NCBI GenBank assembly: GCA_037446815.1
Contig: JBBIHX010000005.1
Span: 1-56,543, forward strand
Length of the DNA stretch: 56,543 nucleotides
Direction of reading: 5' to 3'
DNA from: Caldilineae bacterium
Lineage (GTDB): Bacteria > Chloroflexota > Anaerolineae > DTLA01
The position numbers and the translations under genes are program-made. Positions 54,602 through 56,543 of the stretch are shown in pieces (the first letter of the stretch is position 1; every line of letters begins with the position of its first letter). The notes below the pieces were generated by a model. The model saw nothing but the letters and a program-made list of their open reading frames with translations. It did not search any database and was not told the DNA's origin.

Positions 54602-56543
54602 ATGAAACGAATATTGAGACCGCTCCTCATAGGGGTCTTCATCGCGGCCCTGCTCATCGGCTATCTCCTCCCGGCGACTCCGGTGAGCGCCGTGCCGCCG
54701 TTGCCCTGCAAGTTCTACGGCACGGTCAAGCAGGGCGGGGCCAATGTGCCCGTAGGCACGGAGGTTACCGCATGGATCGCGGGCGCCCAGTATGGTGTTC
54801 CCGTGTACACGTTTGATGTCGCCAGCGAGACGTGGTACAACATAGACGTGCCCGGCGATGACCCCGACACGCCAATCAAGGATGGCGGGGTTCCGGGAGA
54901 CATCGTTTCGTTCAAGGTGGGCGACGCATGGGCCGACCAGACGGGCACGTGGCAGACCGGCGGGACTGTCGTCCTGAACCTGACCATTCAGGAACCTACG
55001 CCCACCCCGACGGTTACCGGCACGCCGCCGACGGCCACGCCGACCCATACGCCGACCAACACGCCCACGGCCACCAACACGCGCACGGCGACGCCCACGG
55101 CCAGCAATACGCCCACGCGCACGGCGACACCCTTCGGCACGCCCACGCCCACGCCGCCGCCCATCAAGGTGCGCCTGCAGCGTTCGGCGTCGGGCTTCCC
55201 GCAGGTGTGGGACTCCTACATTCGCCAGGACCAGCCCGACACGAACTTCGGGCTTGACCCCAACCGCCATTTCAAGATCAAGCCGGGCCTGCCCAGCATG
55301 AAGGGGCTCATCCAGTTTGATTTGTCGGGCCTGCCTTCGGGCATCACGGTGGTGAAGGCGCGGCTGGGCCTCTTCTACCTCACGCGGTACGGCGTGTCTG
55401 GGAATTTCACGCTGTCGGCGTACCGGCTGAACCGCGCGTGGAAGGAGGCAGAGGTAACGTGGAACCGCGCCACAAGCAGCGGTGATGGCTTCTGGGAGAT
55501 TCCCGGGGCTTCGGGGGTGCCGGGCGATGTGGAAGGGGGGCCTGCCGGCTCGGTCATCATCGGCGACACCGACAACACGCGCTACGAGATGGACCTTACG
55601 AACCTTGTCCAGGCCTGGGTGAGCGGCACCCCGAACCACGGCGTGCTCCTCGTCGGGAGCGGCCCCACCGCCGACGTTCGCATCTACACATCCGAGGAGC
55701 CGAACGTCAACTATCGGCCCTACCTGGACATCTGGTACGTGTACGGCGCGCCTACCTCTACTCCTACGGCTACGCCCGCAGGCCCATCGCCCACGCCGGG
55801 GCCATCGCCCACGGCTACCGTGCCGCCGTCCACGATTGTCTTGCAAGAAGGCGTGGACGGCTACGACGGCACGCGCGATGTGTACATGATCGGGGATCCC
55901 AATCTCGCGGACAAGAACTTCAACGGTGAGTTTGATCGCGCAGAGTTGAAACTCAAGACCGGCAGCCCGCCCATGCGCGCGCTGCTGTCCTTTGACCTCA
56001 GGGGCCGCCTGCCCCAGTGTGTCATCGTAACTTCGGCCACGCTGGAATTGATGGCGAACTACTATGCCAGCGATCCCACGCGGCCCATGACCGTCTCGCT
56101 GTACCGGCTGAGGCGGCCGTGGGTGGAAGACGAGGCGACGTGGAACCAGGCGGCGCTGGGCGATCCCTGGGGCGCGCCCGGGGCCGACTCGTCCGGCGAC
56201 CGCGATTTCTCATCGGTGGCGTCGGCGGTTTTGGCCAGCACCAACGCCCGAATCTCCTTTACGGTTACCGACCTTGTCCAGCAGTGGGCCAACAACCCGG
56301 ATGAGAACTACGGCGTGCTGATTATCGGCACGGGGAATCAGACCGTGGAGCGGCGTTTCTGGTCGTCGGAATACTCGCAGGCGACAGGCCCGCGGCCGTT
56401 GCTGCGCATCAACTGGCAGCCGTGCCCGCCGACGCCCACGCCCACGCCCACGCCCACGCCCAGGAACAGGACCACGAAGGCGGGGCAGCAGGATAAGCCC
56501 GCGCCCCACCACAAGCCCGCCCGGACGCCGACCGCGAACCACC
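54602..56543 (+). CDS. Secreted surface protein with N-terminal beta domain, PT linkers and at least two DNRLRE domains (3' partial; not in ORF track)
   Basis: AAGGAG then ATG 54602; [30 protein letters not shown]; frame stays open to window end; [22 protein letters not shown] and [22 protein letters not shown] separated by PT linkers. Confidence 0.9.
   Translation, partial: MKRILRPLLIGVFIAALLIGYLLPATPVSAVPPLPCKFYGTVKQGGANVPVGTEVTAWIAGAQYGVPVYTFDVASETWYNIDVPGDDPDTPIKDGGVPGDIVSFKVGDAWADQTGTWQTGGTVVLNLTIQEPTPTPTVTGTPPTATPTHTPTNTPTATNTRTATPTASNTPTRTATPFGTPTPTPPPIKVRLQRSASGFPQVWDSYIRQDQPDTNFGLDPNRHFKIKPGLPSMKGLIQFDLSGLPSGITVVKARLGLFYLTRYGVSGNFTLSAYRLNRAWKEAEVTWNRATSSGDGFWEIPGASGVPGDVEGGPAGSVIIGDTDNTRYEMDLTNLVQAWVSGTPNHGVLLVGSGPTADVRIYTSEEPNVNYRPYLDIWYVYGAPTSTPTATPAGPSPTPGPSPTATVPPSTIVLQEGVDGYDGTRDVYMIGDPNLADKNFNGEFDRAELKLKTGSPPMRALLSFDLRGRLPQCVIVTSATLELMANYYASDPTRPMTVSLYRLRRPWVEDEATWNQAALGDPWGAPGADSSGDRDFSSVASAVLASTNARISFTVTDLVQQWANNPDENYGVLIIGTGNQTVERRFWSSEYSQATGPRPLLRINWQPCPPTPTPTPTPTPRNRTTKAGQQDKPAPHHKPARTPTANH

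Noticed and set aside
56462..56543. Abrupt change to [18 protein letters not shown] after the last PT run as a new domain
   Set aside because: Lies at the sequence end right after a perfect hexamer repeat; may be low-quality or mis-assembled sequence and cannot be interpreted.

Overview
GC-rich scaffold segment with two 100-N assembly gaps. It is most likely from a Chloroflexota/Anaerolineae-like bacterium; this is inferred from the Pro/Thr-linker surface proteins, DNRLRE domains, a C-terminal xFLPxI motif and the lack of outer-membrane export genes. All 44 credible CDS are on the + strand. From left to right: the PT-rich end of an upstream gene, a BNR/beta-propeller protein with a PT tail, and a GAF-PAS sensor histidine kinase. 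Next come a nested palindromic element and a promoter with PhoB/OmpR-type 11-bp direct repeats 10 bp upstream of a perfect TATAAT. A ~47.5-kb, 39-gene, tightly coupled cell-surface glycosylation cluster follows (4283-51840). Its first half holds nine GT-C fold membrane glycosyltransferases, two polyprenyl-phosphate-sugar synthesis modules, radical SAM enzymes, an HpnJ/HpnA-like pair, an acyltransferase and a secreted DNRLRE-esterase. Its second half is a Wzx/Wzy-type polymer pathway with a flippase, chain-length protein, polymerase/ligase, 7 GT-B enzymes, a PssD/PssE pair, 2 methyltransferases, a nucleotidyltransferase-kinase fusion and a DegT aminotransferase. After a 76-bp tandem palindromic repeat come a secreted glycoside-hydrolase-like protein and a partial multi-DNRLRE surface protein absent from the ORF track. 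No rRNA, tRNA, CRISPR or transposase was recognised. Family calls come from motifs read by eye, not database searches.
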